The translations under genes were made by a program, and so were the position numbers. From positions 32,001-96,000 of the forward strand of contig CAXXGJ010000038.1 in assembly GCA_963677895.2 (NCBI GenBank): a DNA stretch of 64,000 nt, written 5' to 3'. Every line of letters starts with the position of its first letter. Positions within the stretch are counted from its first letter, which is position 1. A model generated the notes under the pieces. That model was not told the DNA's origin. It saw only the letters and a program-made list of their open reading frames with translations, and did not search any database. Origin of the DNA: Treponemataceae bacterium (GTDB taxonomy: Bacteria; Spirochaetota; Spirochaetia; Treponematales; Rectinemataceae). Positions 34,009 through 44,177 of this stretch are shown here, piece after piece.

Positions 34009-35019
34009 ATACCGCTTTATTGTTCGTTCATACGAAGAAAAGACATGGATACGGTCCTCGGATGCCTTGTTACCGATTCGATCGGACCTGGCGAATATAC
34101 GGAGAAATTTCTCAAAAACGCCAAAGAAGCCTTTGGATACGATGTTGCGGTAGCCTTGAGGAGCCCCTATTCGGCCCTCGGCATCGCCCTGAAGAAACTG
34201 GGTCTTTCCGAAGGCTCAAAGGTGGCGCTTAGCCCCCTCGCTCCTCTCTATCACCTGCAGGCGGTTGAGGAACTCGGTTTTAAGCCAATTTACATGGACC
34301 CTGACCCGCTGACATGCCTGCCCAACCTTGCGGTCGCCAAGGAACAGGGTTGCTCTGCCATAATCCTTTATGAGGCGTTTGGAATGCTTCCCGATAAGGC
34401 TGCCGTCCTGGAGACGCAGCTGCCGGTCATCGAGGATATGTCCCAGGCTTTGGGAGCGTACCGAGGCGACACGAAAGCCGGATCCATAGGCAATTTCGCG
34501 ATATACGGGCTTGAGCAGGGCTCTCCGGTCACTTCCGGAGGAGGGGCTCTTCTGTTCGCGTCGGCGAGACGCGACGCTCCGGTGATAAGGAATATCGGGG
34601 AGACGTTGTCTAAGGAAATATCCCTGACCGACTATAACGCTGCCCTGGGCTTGGCCCAATTGAGGGACCTGGCCAATTCGTTTCGCAGGCGCAGGGAATT
34701 GGAAGCGAGCTTCCAGATGGAGCTTTCCCGCACGCGGCACAAGACTTTCAAGCAGGGCAATGAAGGACTTGGGGGCTGCTACGCTTTTCCCGTCGTCCTA
34801 GAATCCGGCATGAAGGATGTCGTGATCCATGCCAAGAGGAACGGAATTGAAGCGGCCGCCGCATTCGAGCAGAGTATTGTTTCTATGGAAGATTTTCCGG
34901 AAAATGAATGTCCTGGAGCCCGATCGCTTGCAATGCGCTGCATCCTATTCCCGCTTCACGAAAAAATCAGCGCCAAAGACGCCGGCGTCATAGCGAAGGT
35001 GCTCGCGACGCTTCCCTGA
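34006..35019 (+). CDS. DegT/DnrJ/EryC1/StrS-family protein, apparently lacking the PLP lysine
   Basis: IGPGEY..KF, IEDMSQALGA, AALGLAQL, LFPLH; the SF..K..GEGG segment reads YGLEQGSPVTSGGG. Confidence 0.8.
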   Translation: MIPLYCSFIRRKDMDTVLGCLVTDSIGPGEYTEKFLKNAKEAFGYDVAVALRSPYSALGIALKKLGLSEGSKVALSPLAPLYHLQAVEELGFKPIYMDPDPLTCLPNLAVAKEQGCSAIILYEAFGMLPDKAAVLETQLPVIEDMSQALGAYRGDTKAGSIGNFAIYGLEQGSPVTSGGGALLFASARRDAPVIRNIGETLSKEISLTDYNAALGLAQLRDLANSFRRRRELEASFQMELSRTRHKTFKQGNEGLGGCYAFPVVLESGMKDVVIHAKRNGIEAAAAFEQSIVSMEDFPENECPGARSLAMRCILFPLHEKISAKDAGVIAKVLATLP

Positions 35020-35028
35020 GGAGGAATC

Positions 35029-35898
35029 ATGGCCATTCTCGGCGGCATGAAAGGCGGTAAAGCCTTGATTGTCGCGAATCTTCTGAAAGACGATTCGGCC
35101 GGCGAATCCGTGAAAGTGTCCAAAGCGCTGGAGAGCAGGGGCTGGACAACAACGAGTTTTGCCTTTGCGGGCGATCCATCCGGCGCTCCGAGCTTTACCG
35201 GCTATGATCTTATACTCTGCCTCGGAGGAGACGGTACTCTCCTATATGTCGCCCGTCTCGCCGCCCCCTTGGGCATCCCCGTGCTTCCCGTGAATCTTGG
35301 CACATTGGGCTTCATAGCGGCCAATCGCAAGGATTCCTGGCTGGCTACCTTCGAGGAATGGGCAGCGGGGAATCTTAAGCCATCATCTCGCGTGATGCTG
35401 GATGTATCAGTCATAAGGGCAGGGCAGCGTGTTGGAACCTTCTGTGCCTTAAACGATGGAGCCTTGTCATCTCAGGGCATAGCCAAGATGATACGACTTT
35501 GCCTTAACGTGAACGAAGAAAGATTCGGATTCTATAGGGCCGACGGACTTATCGTGGCCACGCCCACGGGATCCACCGCCTACAACCTCGCCGCTGGAGG
35601 ACCCGCGCTTCACCCTGAAATGCTCGCCATGGTGATCAATCCCATTTGTCCTTTTACGCTCGCTTCCCGACCGCTCGTCCTGCCATCAACCGCCAGGGTC
35701 GATGTCATCGTGGATGAAACGAGAAGATCGGGAGCTATGCTGACGGTCGATGGTCAGGAGACTTTCGCGCTTGAAATAGGCGACATTGTCCAGTTCCGCA
35801 GGGCGCTGCGCGATGCTGTCCTCATCGTTCCCCAAGAGAGCATTTTTTTCAGCGCCTTGCGCACGAAGCTGGGATGGTCGGGAGACGCCAATGCTTGA
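35029..35898 (+). CDS. nadK: NAD(+) kinase
   Basis: LGGDGT, VNLGTLGF, ALND, ADGLIVATPTGSTAYNLAAGGP, DGQ. Confidence 0.96.
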   Translation: MAILGGMKGGKALIVANLLKDDSAGESVKVSKALESRGWTTTSFAFAGDPSGAPSFTGYDLILCLGGDGTLLYVARLAAPLGIPVLPVNLGTLGFIAANRKDSWLATFEEWAAGNLKPSSRVMLDVSVIRAGQRVGTFCALNDGALSSQGIAKMIRLCLNVNEERFGFYRADGLIVATPTGSTAYNLAAGGPALHPEMLAMVINPICPFTLASRPLVLPSTARVDVIVDETRRSGAMLTVDGQETFALEIGDIVQFRRALRDAVLIVPQESIFFSALRTKLGWSGDANA

Positions 35899-37588
35899 GC
35901 ATCTTTCCGTCCGGGACTTTGCGCTCATCGACGCGGCGGAAGTTGAATTCTCGGATGGCCTCGTTCTTTTCACCGGAGAAACCGGTGCCGGAAAATCGCT
36001 CATCGTGGGAGCGATAGGATTCCTTTTCGGGGGCAGGGCGGATTCGGGAGTGATACGCGAAGGCTCCGACGAGTGCACGGTCTCCGCCATTCTCGATATC
36101 GCGCGGAACAAATCGGCTCTGGCCTGGCTCAGGGAGCATGATATTCCCGAGGAAGAAGGAACCCTCAACCTGAGACGGGGATTGCGCAACAACGGCAGAT
36201 CCTACGCCTATATTCAGAACCGGGCGGTAAGCAGGGCCGATCTGGCGGACTTCACTTCCTTGATCGCCGACATCCATGGGCAGCACGAGCATCAGACGCT
36301 TCTGGACAAGGAAAGCCATTTGGTCTTCCTGGACAGTTTCGCGGGATTGGAGCCGGAAAAGGAATCGTATCGGACAAGCTACGAAGCCTGGACGACAAGA
36401 CTCAGGGAATACAAGCGGCGGCTTGCCGATGCGGAACGCAGGGAAAGGGAGCAGGATATCCTCAACTTCGCGCTGAAGGAAATCCAGGCGGCCAAGATCA
36501 AACCCAACGAAGACGACGAGCTGATGCAGGAAGAAAAAATTCTATCGCAGCACGAGAAGCTTTTCGATGCCGTCAGGAATGCCGTCGACGGCCTTTCAAT
36601 TCGCGGCGGCGAGACAAACGGCGCCGTGGAATCTCTCCGGAAAGCGAAAGCGGGTCTCGACGCCGCCAAAGATATCGACGCGAAGTTGGGCGATCTTGCC
36701 ACCAGACTCGAAAGCGCCTATTTCGAGGTGGAGGACATAGCCGAGAGCGTTTCCGTCTATATGGAAGGCTTGAAATTCGATCCCCAGAGACTTGAGGACA
36801 TCGAAAGCAGGTTGGCGGAACTGAAGCGTCTGAAGAAAAAATATGGCCCTTCGCTGGCCGATATTCTTGCCAGGGAAGAACGGGATGCCGCCGCCATAGA
36901 GGCTTACTCCTCCTGGGAAAACGACAAGGCCGATCTTGAAAAGGAAATCGCCGAACTTAAGAAACAGGCGCTGGAAAAAGCCGAAGCGCTCTCCTTAAGA
37001 CGAAAGGATGCGGCGATCGGGTTTTCGCGTCAGGTGGAGACCATTCTTTCCCATCTGGGGATGGTGCATGCCAGACTGCCCATCTCCGTAAACCCGCTGA
37101 AATCCGATACCGGCAAGCTCATCCTGTCGCCCCTGGGCATGGACGATGTGGAATTCCTGATCGCCCCCAATATCGGCGAACCTCCGAAAGCGCTTGCCAA
37201 GATAGCCTCGGGAGGAGAACTGTCGCGCGTCGCGCTTGCGATAAAGGCCGTCCTCTCTTCCAAGGACACGGTGGACACCCTCATATTTGACGAAATCGAC
37301 ACGGGTATCGGAGGAGAGGTGGCGGCTGATGTCGGTTCATATCTGAAAGGCATTTCACGATTCAAGCAGGTTCTATGTGTCACTCATCTCGCATCGATCG
37401 CGGCGAAGGCCGATGTCCACTATAAAGTCGATAAGAAAGTCGAGGATGGACGAACGGTCACGAGAATCGACCAATTGCGCGGTCGCGAAAGGGAAGAGGA
37501 AATAGCCAGGATGCTGGCCGGCGACAGCGAAGGGGCGGCTTCACTTGCCCATGCGGCCGAGCTGCTTCGACGATCGTCAGCGAGCTAA
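35891..37588 (+). CDS. recN: DNA repair protein RecN
   Basis: TGETGAGKS, IHGQHEHQ, coiled coil, ASGGELSR, IFDEID, VTH, EIARML; ATG 35891. Confidence 0.97.
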   Translation: MLEHLSVRDFALIDAAEVEFSDGLVLFTGETGAGKSLIVGAIGFLFGGRADSGVIREGSDECTVSAILDIARNKSALAWLREHDIPEEEGTLNLRRGLRNNGRSYAYIQNRAVSRADLADFTSLIADIHGQHEHQTLLDKESHLVFLDSFAGLEPEKESYRTSYEAWTTRLREYKRRLADAERREREQDILNFALKEIQAAKIKPNEDDELMQEEKILSQHEKLFDAVRNAVDGLSIRGGETNGAVESLRKAKAGLDAAKDIDAKLGDLATRLESAYFEVEDIAESVSVYMEGLKFDPQRLEDIESRLAELKRLKKKYGPSLADILAREERDAAAIEAYSSWENDKADLEKEIAELKKQALEKAEALSLRRKDAAIGFSRQVETILSHLGMVHARLPISVNPLKSDTGKLILSPLGMDDVEFLIAPNIGEPPKALAKIASGGELSRVALAIKAVLSSKDTVDTLIFDEIDTGIGGEVAADVGSYLKGISRFKQVLCVTHLASIAAKADVHYKVDKKVEDGRTVTRIDQLRGREREEEIARMLAGDSEGAASLAHAAELLRRSSAS

Positions 37589-37978
37589 TTCATGAAGCGC
37601 GTCGAAAGGAATGAGAGCGCCGATAGTGCAGCGAACCCTGTTTTCAGGCGCATTGCCGAATTGAACGGGCGCGTCGGCAGGGAAAAACTCGGAAAGCACC
37701 TGTCTGCAGGCTCCGCAGGGGCTCACCGCGTAATCGGCATCGGGGGTGGCGATGGCTATTGCCTTGAAATCCCTTTTCCCCTCGCTTATGGCAGCGACAA
37801 GCGCGCTGCGTTCGGCGCAGATGGTGAGGCCGAAGGATCTGTTCTCCACATTGGTCCCTGTCACTATGGAACCGTCACCGCAGAGAATCGCCGCGCCGAC
37901 GCGGAATTTCGAGTAAGGCGAGTATGATTTTGTCGCGGCATTCTGGGCGGCGGAGAAGAGCAATTCATCAATTTCCAT
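37577..37978 (-). CDS. cdd: Cytidine deaminase (homotetrameric type)
   Basis: YSPYSKFRVGAA, NVEN, CAERSA, PCGACRQ; ATG 37978. Confidence 0.95.
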   Translation of the reverse strand: MEIDELLFSAAQNAATKSYSPYSKFRVGAAILCGDGSIVTGTNVENRSFGLTICAERSALVAAISEGKRDFKAIAIATPDADYAVSPCGACRQVLSEFFPADAPVQFGNAPENRVRCTIGALIPFDALHELAR

Positions 37979-38060
37979 ATCAAACGCCTTCTTATGTTGA
38001 CAGCTGTAATAAATACTATATACCATTTGAAAGCTTGAATACAACAATTATGGAATCACG

Positions 38061-38966
38061 GTGAAACGCGCAAACAATTACTCAAACCAAAAACGCGGCC
38101 ATCTCGCCTGGATGACCGCCGCAGCCGTGGTTCTTTATGTAATATTCGCCCAGCGTTCCCTTGGCTATGAACAGGGGTTGGCGCGGCTGGAATCCATTCC
38201 GATACCCAAGACCGAGGCGATAGAGCGGAGCGATAGAGCTTCCTATAATGCCCGAGGGCGTTCCTTTTTCCTTCGTCCCGACCAACAGGGAGTCATGGAG
38301 ACGGACAAAGCGGGAGTATCGCTTTGGAACCACGAGTTCGGCTCACCCCTGACCGCTGGTTCGGTCTCGTCAGAGACTTCCGCCTGGGGCCTGCTGAACG
38401 GAAGCATTCAGGTCCTGGACCAGGAGGGAAAGCTCCTCGATGAGCTTAAGCCATTTGAGCATGCAGTCAGTTCGGCCTATCCCTGCGTCTACAGCGTGGC
38501 GATTTCCGAAAACGGGAAGGGGATAGCAGCCTTGTATGGACTTGATCCCCAGTATTTCCTCGTATTCACCAAAAAGAATCATGGCTATGAGCTGGTTTTC
38601 GAGAAAAAGCTAGAAAATCAGGTGGTGAGCGATCAGCCGGCAACCTTTTCCGGGGACGGACTGTCCGTTATAGGTCGAACAGCCGATGGACTGGCTTTCT
38701 ACGATGTACAGAAAAAAAAAGGCATGGTCGTACGGGCTGATTATTTCGCCGGCGAGGCGGAGCTCCTGATCGAGCCGATTGGCCTCGATAGGTTCGCGAT
38801 CCTCCTGGCGAAAAGGAATGAGCGATTCGCGGGATTGATAAGAAAGGGCGTGGTCGAAGCCATGTTCCCGATTGAAGAAACCGGCTCGGGGCTTTCGGTC
38901 TCCGGCGACATCATGATGATCGCGGGCAAGGATGCCATACAGCGATACAAGGCGGCGGAACGTTGA
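38061..38966 (+). CDS. Hypothetical membrane-anchored protein, possibly beta-propeller
   Basis: N-terminal TM; repeated beta-hairpin-like segments (VLDQEGK, VAISENGK, FSGDG); candidate promoter TTGACA-18-TACCAT at 37997-38026. Confidence 0.65.
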   Translation: MKRANNYSNQKRGHLAWMTAAAVVLYVIFAQRSLGYEQGLARLESIPIPKTEAIERSDRASYNARGRSFFLRPDQQGVMETDKAGVSLWNHEFGSPLTAGSVSSETSAWGLLNGSIQVLDQEGKLLDELKPFEHAVSSAYPCVYSVAISENGKGIAALYGLDPQYFLVFTKKNHGYELVFEKKLENQVVSDQPATFSGDGLSVIGRTADGLAFYDVQKKKGMVVRADYFAGEAELLIEPIGLDRFAILLAKRNERFAGLIRKGVVEAMFPIEETGSGLSVSGDIMMIAGKDAIQRYKAAER

Positions 38967-39928
38967 GCGCGAGTGCCAGGCATGCGGACCGGGCTTTGCC
39001 CGGGGAAAAAGCTCCGCTGAAATCGAAGGTTCTCATCATATGCGTAATGACGATCGGAATGGCTTTGGGCATTCCCGTTTTCGCGCAGGATGCTCCCCTC
39101 AGCATGGAATCCCTGGACGTAGCCGTGAATTTCGGCGTGCCGGGTCAGCTTCCGGATGAGCGAAAGGGGGAGAAATACCTTCAGACGGGAGCCTTGCTTT
39201 CCGCGGAAAACGACACCGTCAGGGCCGCTGGCGACGGCAGGATACTTTTCATACAAGACAATCACCTGCTTTCCGGCGGCTTGCCGCATGCTACGGGCAA
39301 TTTTACCGCGGTAGCGCATGATGATGGATTCATCAGCCTATACTCAGCGAAAACCTACGTATCGGAAGCTTCAGCCAAGACCAAAATCAAGAAAGGCGAA
39401 GTTGTAGGCAGGATCGTCGAGATTACGAGAGCTCTGTATACCTATTATCTCTTTCGCGTTTACGACGGCGCCTCCCGATTATGGGTAAATCCGGCTTTTT
39501 TCATCAAAGATCTCGTGGATAGGGCGGCTCCTAGGATCGAAGAGATAGCCTTGCTGGGCCAGGACCGCACGATCATCGCCGAAAATCCGAGGAAAGGTGC
39601 GCAGGAAATTCCACAGGGTAATTATACCCTTGCCGTGAACGTCACCGATCCCGCTTACGCCAAGGGATCCATCTCCGGCGTTTTCAGGCTCAAGGCCGTG
39701 TTCGACGGAAAGGTGATCGCGGACAGAAAATTCGATTCGGCGCGCATCACGGCGGAAGGTCTGGCTTTCCTGGATCTGGAAGCCCCTTCATCAAAGCTAA
39801 CCGATGCGGAGGGCCGACTCTTCCTGGGCAAACAGTTCATTCCCAGGGGCATGCACGCGCTCGAATTCTCGGTCTATGATTACGCGGGCAATTCCAGCAG
39901 CTTTAACTGGAAATTTTCCGCCGAGTAA
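38963..39928 (+). CDS. Exported protein with a degenerate M23/LytM-like domain
   Basis: Signal/TM segment; VRAAGDG, GNF..VAHDDGFISLYS, KKGEVVG, WVNP; no HxxxD or HxH; start uncertain. Confidence 0.65.
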   Translation: MSASARHADRALPGEKAPLKSKVLIICVMTIGMALGIPVFAQDAPLSMESLDVAVNFGVPGQLPDERKGEKYLQTGALLSAENDTVRAAGDGRILFIQDNHLLSGGLPHATGNFTAVAHDDGFISLYSAKTYVSEASAKTKIKKGEVVGRIVEITRALYTYYLFRVYDGASRLWVNPAFFIKDLVDRAAPRIEEIALLGQDRTIIAENPRKGAQEIPQGNYTLAVNVTDPAYAKGSISGVFRLKAVFDGKVIADRKFDSARITAEGLAFLDLEAPSSKLTDAEGRLFLGKQFIPRGMHALEFSVYDYAGNSSSFNWKFSAE

Positions 39929-39960
39929 AGAATGCCGCTATTCCAACAGGAAGGACGGGA

Positions 39961-39998
39961 TTGCCGCTTAACCTAGCCGGGGGTACAATAATTTCATG
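39961..39998 (+). promoter_or_regulatory. Putative promoter giving a leaderless yggS transcript
   Basis: TTGCCG-17-TACAAT, then 6 nt, then ATG 39996; no SD. Confidence 0.7.
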
Positions 39999-40730
39999 TC
40001 CGATTACGCTTTCGTAAAGGAAAATATAGAATCCATCCATACAAAGGTGCGTGCCGCCGCGGAGCGCTCCGGAAGAAGCGCCGAAGCGATAACCCTTCTG
40101 GCGGTTACAAAGTTCCATCCCCAGGAGGCGGTGAGGGAAGCCTATATTTGCGGGATACGGCGTTTCGGGGAAAATCGAGTGCAGGAAGCGGCGGGGAAAT
40201 ATCTGCCTGAATTGCTTTCGGAGATACCCGGTACCCACCTCGATATGATAGGCACTTTTCAGAGCAACAAGATCAATAAAGCCCTCAAGCTTTTCGACGT
40301 CATTCAATCGGTGAGTTCGATAAGCCTGCTGCGGGCGATAACCGCCCGCGCTGGGGAAAAGAACCTTGAACTATACCTGGAATTGCACACTGGTGAAGCC
40401 ACAAAATCCGGATTTCCCGATAACGACAGCCTTTTTGAAGCTGTAGAGACATACCTGCGATGGAAAAGCGACGCGGACCGAGATTCTGAACTTCGCTCCC
40501 CGCTTGTGCTGAGAGGGCTGATGACGATGGCGCCTTTCTCGGACGACCAGATGACCGTACGTCGCTCGTTCAGAAAACTCTCTAAAGCCGCAGAGGAGAT
40601 AAAAAAACGTTTTGACCTGCCTGGATTCGGACAGCTTTCTATGGGCATGAGCAACGATTATGAGATTGCCGTCGAGGAAGGTTCAACGCTTCTGCGCATC
40701 GGAACGGCCATTTTTGGAGTCAGGCAATGA
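39996..40730 (+). CDS. yggS: PLP homeostasis protein YggS
   Basis: LLAVTKF, FGENRVQE, IGTFQSNK, KSG, GLMTM, LSMGMSNDY, EGST.LRIGTAIFG. Confidence 0.96.
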   Translation: MSDYAFVKENIESIHTKVRAAAERSGRSAEAITLLAVTKFHPQEAVREAYICGIRRFGENRVQEAAGKYLPELLSEIPGTHLDMIGTFQSNKINKALKLFDVIQSVSSISLLRAITARAGEKNLELYLELHTGEATKSGFPDNDSLFEAVETYLRWKSDADRDSELRSPLVLRGLMTMAPFSDDQMTVRRSFRKLSKAAEEIKKRFDLPGFGQLSMGMSNDYEIAVEEGSTLLRIGTAIFGVRQ

Positions 40731-41260
40731 GATGTTCCGTTCTAGCGCGCGATTCGGCGGGATTTTCCCGAAGCTGGTCTCCCGGGGCTGGGCGCTTCCG
40801 ACGTATCGTCATCCTCCTCACCTTATGTTCCGCTCTCGCGGTTGGAGGACGATGCGAAGCCCAGGAGGACAACCAGGACTCGAGTTCTCCTTCGATTTCC
40901 TCCGAACAATCGGCACTGACCTCCACTCCATCGGCGATACCGGCGATATCGGCGACGCCCATTCCTAAAACCTATTCGGCCGAAAAATCTATACGGGCGG
41001 AAAGCGCGGTAATAACGAAGTTCCGAAGAATAGCGATCACCGGCATGGGCACTTTTCCCATCGCGCTTTTCTATACAAACTTTATCTTCGATTCGGCTCG
41101 TTTCGCGAGCAGCGGATTTGACGTGCAATACGCGCCCTGGCCATTCAAGAGCCAATATTCCGCGGAAGTGACCAGCTCCGAAACCTTCATTCGGTTAGGA
41201 GTATCCCTCGGTCTGAGCGCGGTGGTCGGCATCCTCGACGCGTTCATACAAAGAAAATAA
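40727..41260 (+). CDS. Hypothetical membrane protein
   Basis: ATGA overlap with yggS; signal-like segment, Ser/Pro-rich linker, two hydrophobic helices around YAPWPF; start uncertain. Confidence 0.65.
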   Translation: MRCSVLARDSAGFSRSWSPGAGRFRRIVILLTLCSALAVGGRCEAQEDNQDSSSPSISSEQSALTSTPSAIPAISATPIPKTYSAEKSIRAESAVITKFRRIAITGMGTFPIALFYTNFIFDSARFASSGFDVQYAPWPFKSQYSAEVTSSETFIRLGVSLGLSAVVGILDAFIQRK

Positions 41261-41305
41261 GCCTTCGCCGGCTCCGATGCGAGAATTCTGGATACTGTGC
41301 CAAGC

Positions 41306-41334
41306 TTGACATCGGCGGGTCGCATACCTAATAT
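41306..41334 (+). promoter_or_regulatory. Putative promoter of apt-gpmI-CYTH
   Basis: TTGACA-17-TAATAT. Confidence 0.7.
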
Positions 41335-41373
41335 TGTTCACTGTCGTTCATCATGAATATGTGGGGCGGTTCA

Positions 41374-41925
41374 ATGTCCGAAACGAACAATGAGACGGAA
41401 GGTTTCAATCTCGACGATGCCATCCGAAAGATTCCAGATTTTCCCAAGCCCGGGATTCTCTTCTATGACATAACAAGCGTTCTCGCCAATCCAGACGCTT
41501 TCGCGTATTGCGTCAGCTCGATGCTGAAACTCTACAGAAACGAGCGCATCGATGCCGTCGCCGCCATAGAATCGAGGGGTTTCATTTTTGCCGCTCCCTT
41601 CTGTCATAAACTGGGCTTACCGCTGCTCCTCGTGCGCAAGCAGGGGAAACTGCCCGGCAAAACCATATCCAAATCCTATGATCTCGAATACGGATCGGCG
41701 ACCCTCGAGATGCATGTCGACGATATAAAACCGGGCAGCCGATTCCTCATAGTGGACGATCTCATCGCGACGGGCGGCACCATCAACGCGACCTGCGACA
41801 TGATACGCCGATGCGGGGCCGAACCCGTGCGCGCTTTCTCCGTCATAGGACTTCCCTTCCTCAATTACAGGGAAACAGTCAAGAACCTACCCATCGACAC
41901 ACTGATTGAGTATTTTGGAGAATAG
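41374..41925 (+). CDS. apt: Adenine phosphoribosyltransferase
   Basis: PDFPKPGILFYDIT, IESRGF, RKQGKLP, YDLEYG, IVDDLIATGGT. Confidence 0.97.
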   Translation: MSETNNETEGFNLDDAIRKIPDFPKPGILFYDITSVLANPDAFAYCVSSMLKLYRNERIDAVAAIESRGFIFAAPFCHKLGLPLLLVRKQGKLPGKTISKSYDLEYGSATLEMHVDDIKPGSRFLIVDDLIATGGTINATCDMIRRCGAEPVRAFSVIGLPFLNYRETVKNLPIDTLIEYFGE

Positions 41926-41940
41926 GCAAGGAGTCTTTCA

Positions 41941-43599
41941 ATGTTGACAGCTCTCGATACAAACCCGAATTGGAAGGGCAGGCGCGGACCTGTCCTGTTG
42001 GTGATAATGGATGGCGTGGGATACGGCGAATACAGGGACGGCGATGCGGTAGCCCAAGCGGACATGCGCCATTTCAGGGCCATGGAATCCACCTCCCCGG
42101 CGACGAGGCTCAAGGCTCACGGTATGGCTGTCGGACTTCCTTCCGACGACGATATGGGCAATTCCGAAGTCGGGCACAATGCCATAGGCTGCGGCAGGGT
42201 CTTCGCGCAGGGCGCCAAGCTTGTGGGCGCTTCGATCGCCACGAAGGCCATGTTCGGCGGCCGCGTATGGCGGGAGCTTATAGCCGGGGTAAAGGTGAAA
42301 GGCGGAACGCTGCATTTCCTCGGACTATTCTCCGACGGCAACGTCCATTCCCATATAGACCATCTGAAAGCCATGATAGAGCAGGCCGCGAGAGAAGACG
42401 TAAAACGCATCAGGGTGCATACCCTTCTGGACGGCAGAGACGTGGGCTCGCAGAGCGCTCTCGAATATATTCTCCCCTTCGAGGAATTTCTCGCTGGATT
42501 CAACGCCCGGGGCTTCGATTATAGGATCGGGTCAGGAGGGGGCCGTCAGTACATCACAATGGACCGCTACGGCGCCAATTGGGACATGGTGAAGCGCGGG
42601 TGGGATTGCCACGTCAAAGGCCTTGGGCGCCCCTTCTCGAGCGCCAGGAAGGCGGTCGAGACCTACAGAGCCGAAAATCCCAGGCTCATCGACCAGGATA
42701 TGGGCGAATTCGTGATTGTCGACGACAAGGGACCTATAGGCCGCATCAAAGACGGCGACAGCGTCATCTACTTCAATTTTCGCGGGGACAGGGCCATCGA
42801 GATCACCAATGCCTTCGAGGATGAGAACTTCTCCAAATTCGATCGCGGTCCGCGGCCCGACGTTTTCTATGCCGGTATGATGCAGTACGACGGCGACCTC
42901 GGCGTACCCAGGAATTATCTCGTGACGCCGCCCGCGATCGACCGCACGGTAGGCGAATATCTCGCCGCGTCGGGCATAAAGTCCCTGGCCATCTCGGAAA
43001 CGCAGAAATACGGACACGTGACCTACTTCTTCAACGGCAACCGGACGGGCAAGTTTTCCGAAGCCCTGGAGGACTATGTCGAAGTGCCGAGCGATCGCGT
43101 TCCCTTCGAACAGCGGCCCTGGATGAAATGCGCCGAAATTACCGACAAAGTGATCGCGGCGATCGAATCGGGGAAGTACCGTTTCATCAGGCTCAATTTT
43201 CCGAACGGCGACATGGTGGGACATACCGGCGTTTTCCAGTCGGTCGTATGTTCCATGGAATCCATGGATATTCAGCTGGGAAGGCTTGAGGAAGCCATCC
43301 GCAAAGCCGGCGGCGTCATGATCCTTACCGCCGACCACGGGAATTCCGACGACATGATCGAGCACGACAAGAAAACGAAGAAAGCCCTGCTCGAAACCGA
43401 CGGAAGCCCCAAAGCCAAGACGAGCCACTCCCTCAATCCGGTGCCCTGCGTCATCTATGACCCCGAGACGAAGGGCGAATACGATAAGGCCCTGAACTCT
43501 GGCCTGGGGATTTCCAGCCTGGCCGCGACCTGCATGGAGCTTCTGGGATTCGTCCCCCCCGAGGATTATGACGAATCCGTGCTGAAAATGAAAGACTGA
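41941..43599 (+). CDS. gpmI: 2,3-bisphosphoglycerate-independent phosphoglycerate mutase
   Basis: IMDGVG, MGNSEVGH, SDGNVHSH, LDGRD, NFRGDRA, ETQKYGHVTYFFNG, DMVGHTG, TADHGN. Confidence 0.97.
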   Translation: MLTALDTNPNWKGRRGPVLLVIMDGVGYGEYRDGDAVAQADMRHFRAMESTSPATRLKAHGMAVGLPSDDDMGNSEVGHNAIGCGRVFAQGAKLVGASIATKAMFGGRVWRELIAGVKVKGGTLHFLGLFSDGNVHSHIDHLKAMIEQAAREDVKRIRVHTLLDGRDVGSQSALEYILPFEEFLAGFNARGFDYRIGSGGGRQYITMDRYGANWDMVKRGWDCHVKGLGRPFSSARKAVETYRAENPRLIDQDMGEFVIVDDKGPIGRIKDGDSVIYFNFRGDRAIEITNAFEDENFSKFDRGPRPDVFYAGMMQYDGDLGVPRNYLVTPPAIDRTVGEYLAASGIKSLAISETQKYGHVTYFFNGNRTGKFSEALEDYVEVPSDRVPFEQRPWMKCAEITDKVIAAIESGKYRFIRLNFPNGDMVGHTGVFQSVVCSMESMDIQLGRLEEAIRKAGGVMILTADHGNSDDMIEHDKKTKKALLETDGSPKAKTSHSLNPVPCVIYDPETKGEYDKALNSGLGISSLAATCMELLGFVPPEDYDESVLKMKD

Positions 43600-43617
43600 A
43601 CAGGAGCGTATTCATCG

Positions 43618-44166
43618 ATGCTTGAAATTGAGCTGAAAGCCAGAATAAGCGATCGAACCCTTATCGAGAAGAGGCTTTCGACGTTCATGACGTATATGGG
43701 CGAAATTGACAAGAATGATGAATATTACGCGCTTCCCGTCGTGACTTCTTTCATCCCCGCGATAGGATTCCGCCTCAGGCTGCGCACCGAGCCGGGGCGG
43801 GAGACGGTCACCTTCAAGGAAAAAACCTACACCGAGAACATCGAAATCAACAAAGAAGTGGAATTCGGCATACTGGACGCGCAAGCCTTCCGTAAGTTCC
43901 TGGACAAGATGTCGGCTAAACTTCTCTACAAGAAGAGAAAGACCGGCACATCCTGGAAGGGCGAGGGGGGCATCATCGCCGAGCTGGTAACCGTCGATGG
44001 ACTGGGTGAGTTTCTTGAAGTCGAGACCTTGAATGAGGAAGGCGGCGATATTGACGTGGAGAGCATTAAGAAGAAGTTATTCGCGATAATCGAGCGCTGC
44101 GGCATTCCGCTTTCGAGCATTGAGGCGAAACCCTATTCGCAGCTGCTCGGAATGCCTAGATATTGA
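43618..44166 (+). CDS. CYTH-domain protein (class IV adenylate cyclase CyaB-like)
   Basis: EIELKA (ExExK), D.YY, LRLR, TFK, KKR, V.GLGEFLEVE, C-terminal Y. Confidence 0.88.
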   Translation: MLEIELKARISDRTLIEKRLSTFMTYMGEIDKNDEYYALPVVTSFIPAIGFRLRLRTEPGRETVTFKEKTYTENIEINKEVEFGILDAQAFRKFLDKMSAKLLYKKRKTGTSWKGEGGIIAELVTVDGLGEFLEVETLNEEGGDIDVESIKKKLFAIIERCGIPLSSIEAKPYSQLLGMPRY

Positions 44167-44177
44167 AGTTGAGAAGA

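Noticed and set aside
38712..38720. A9 run, and 8-nt runs in aroB, as phase-variation or frameshift sites
   Set aside because: The ORFs are intact, the runs are explained by Lys/Phe codons, and no useful alternative frame or stimulator is visible.
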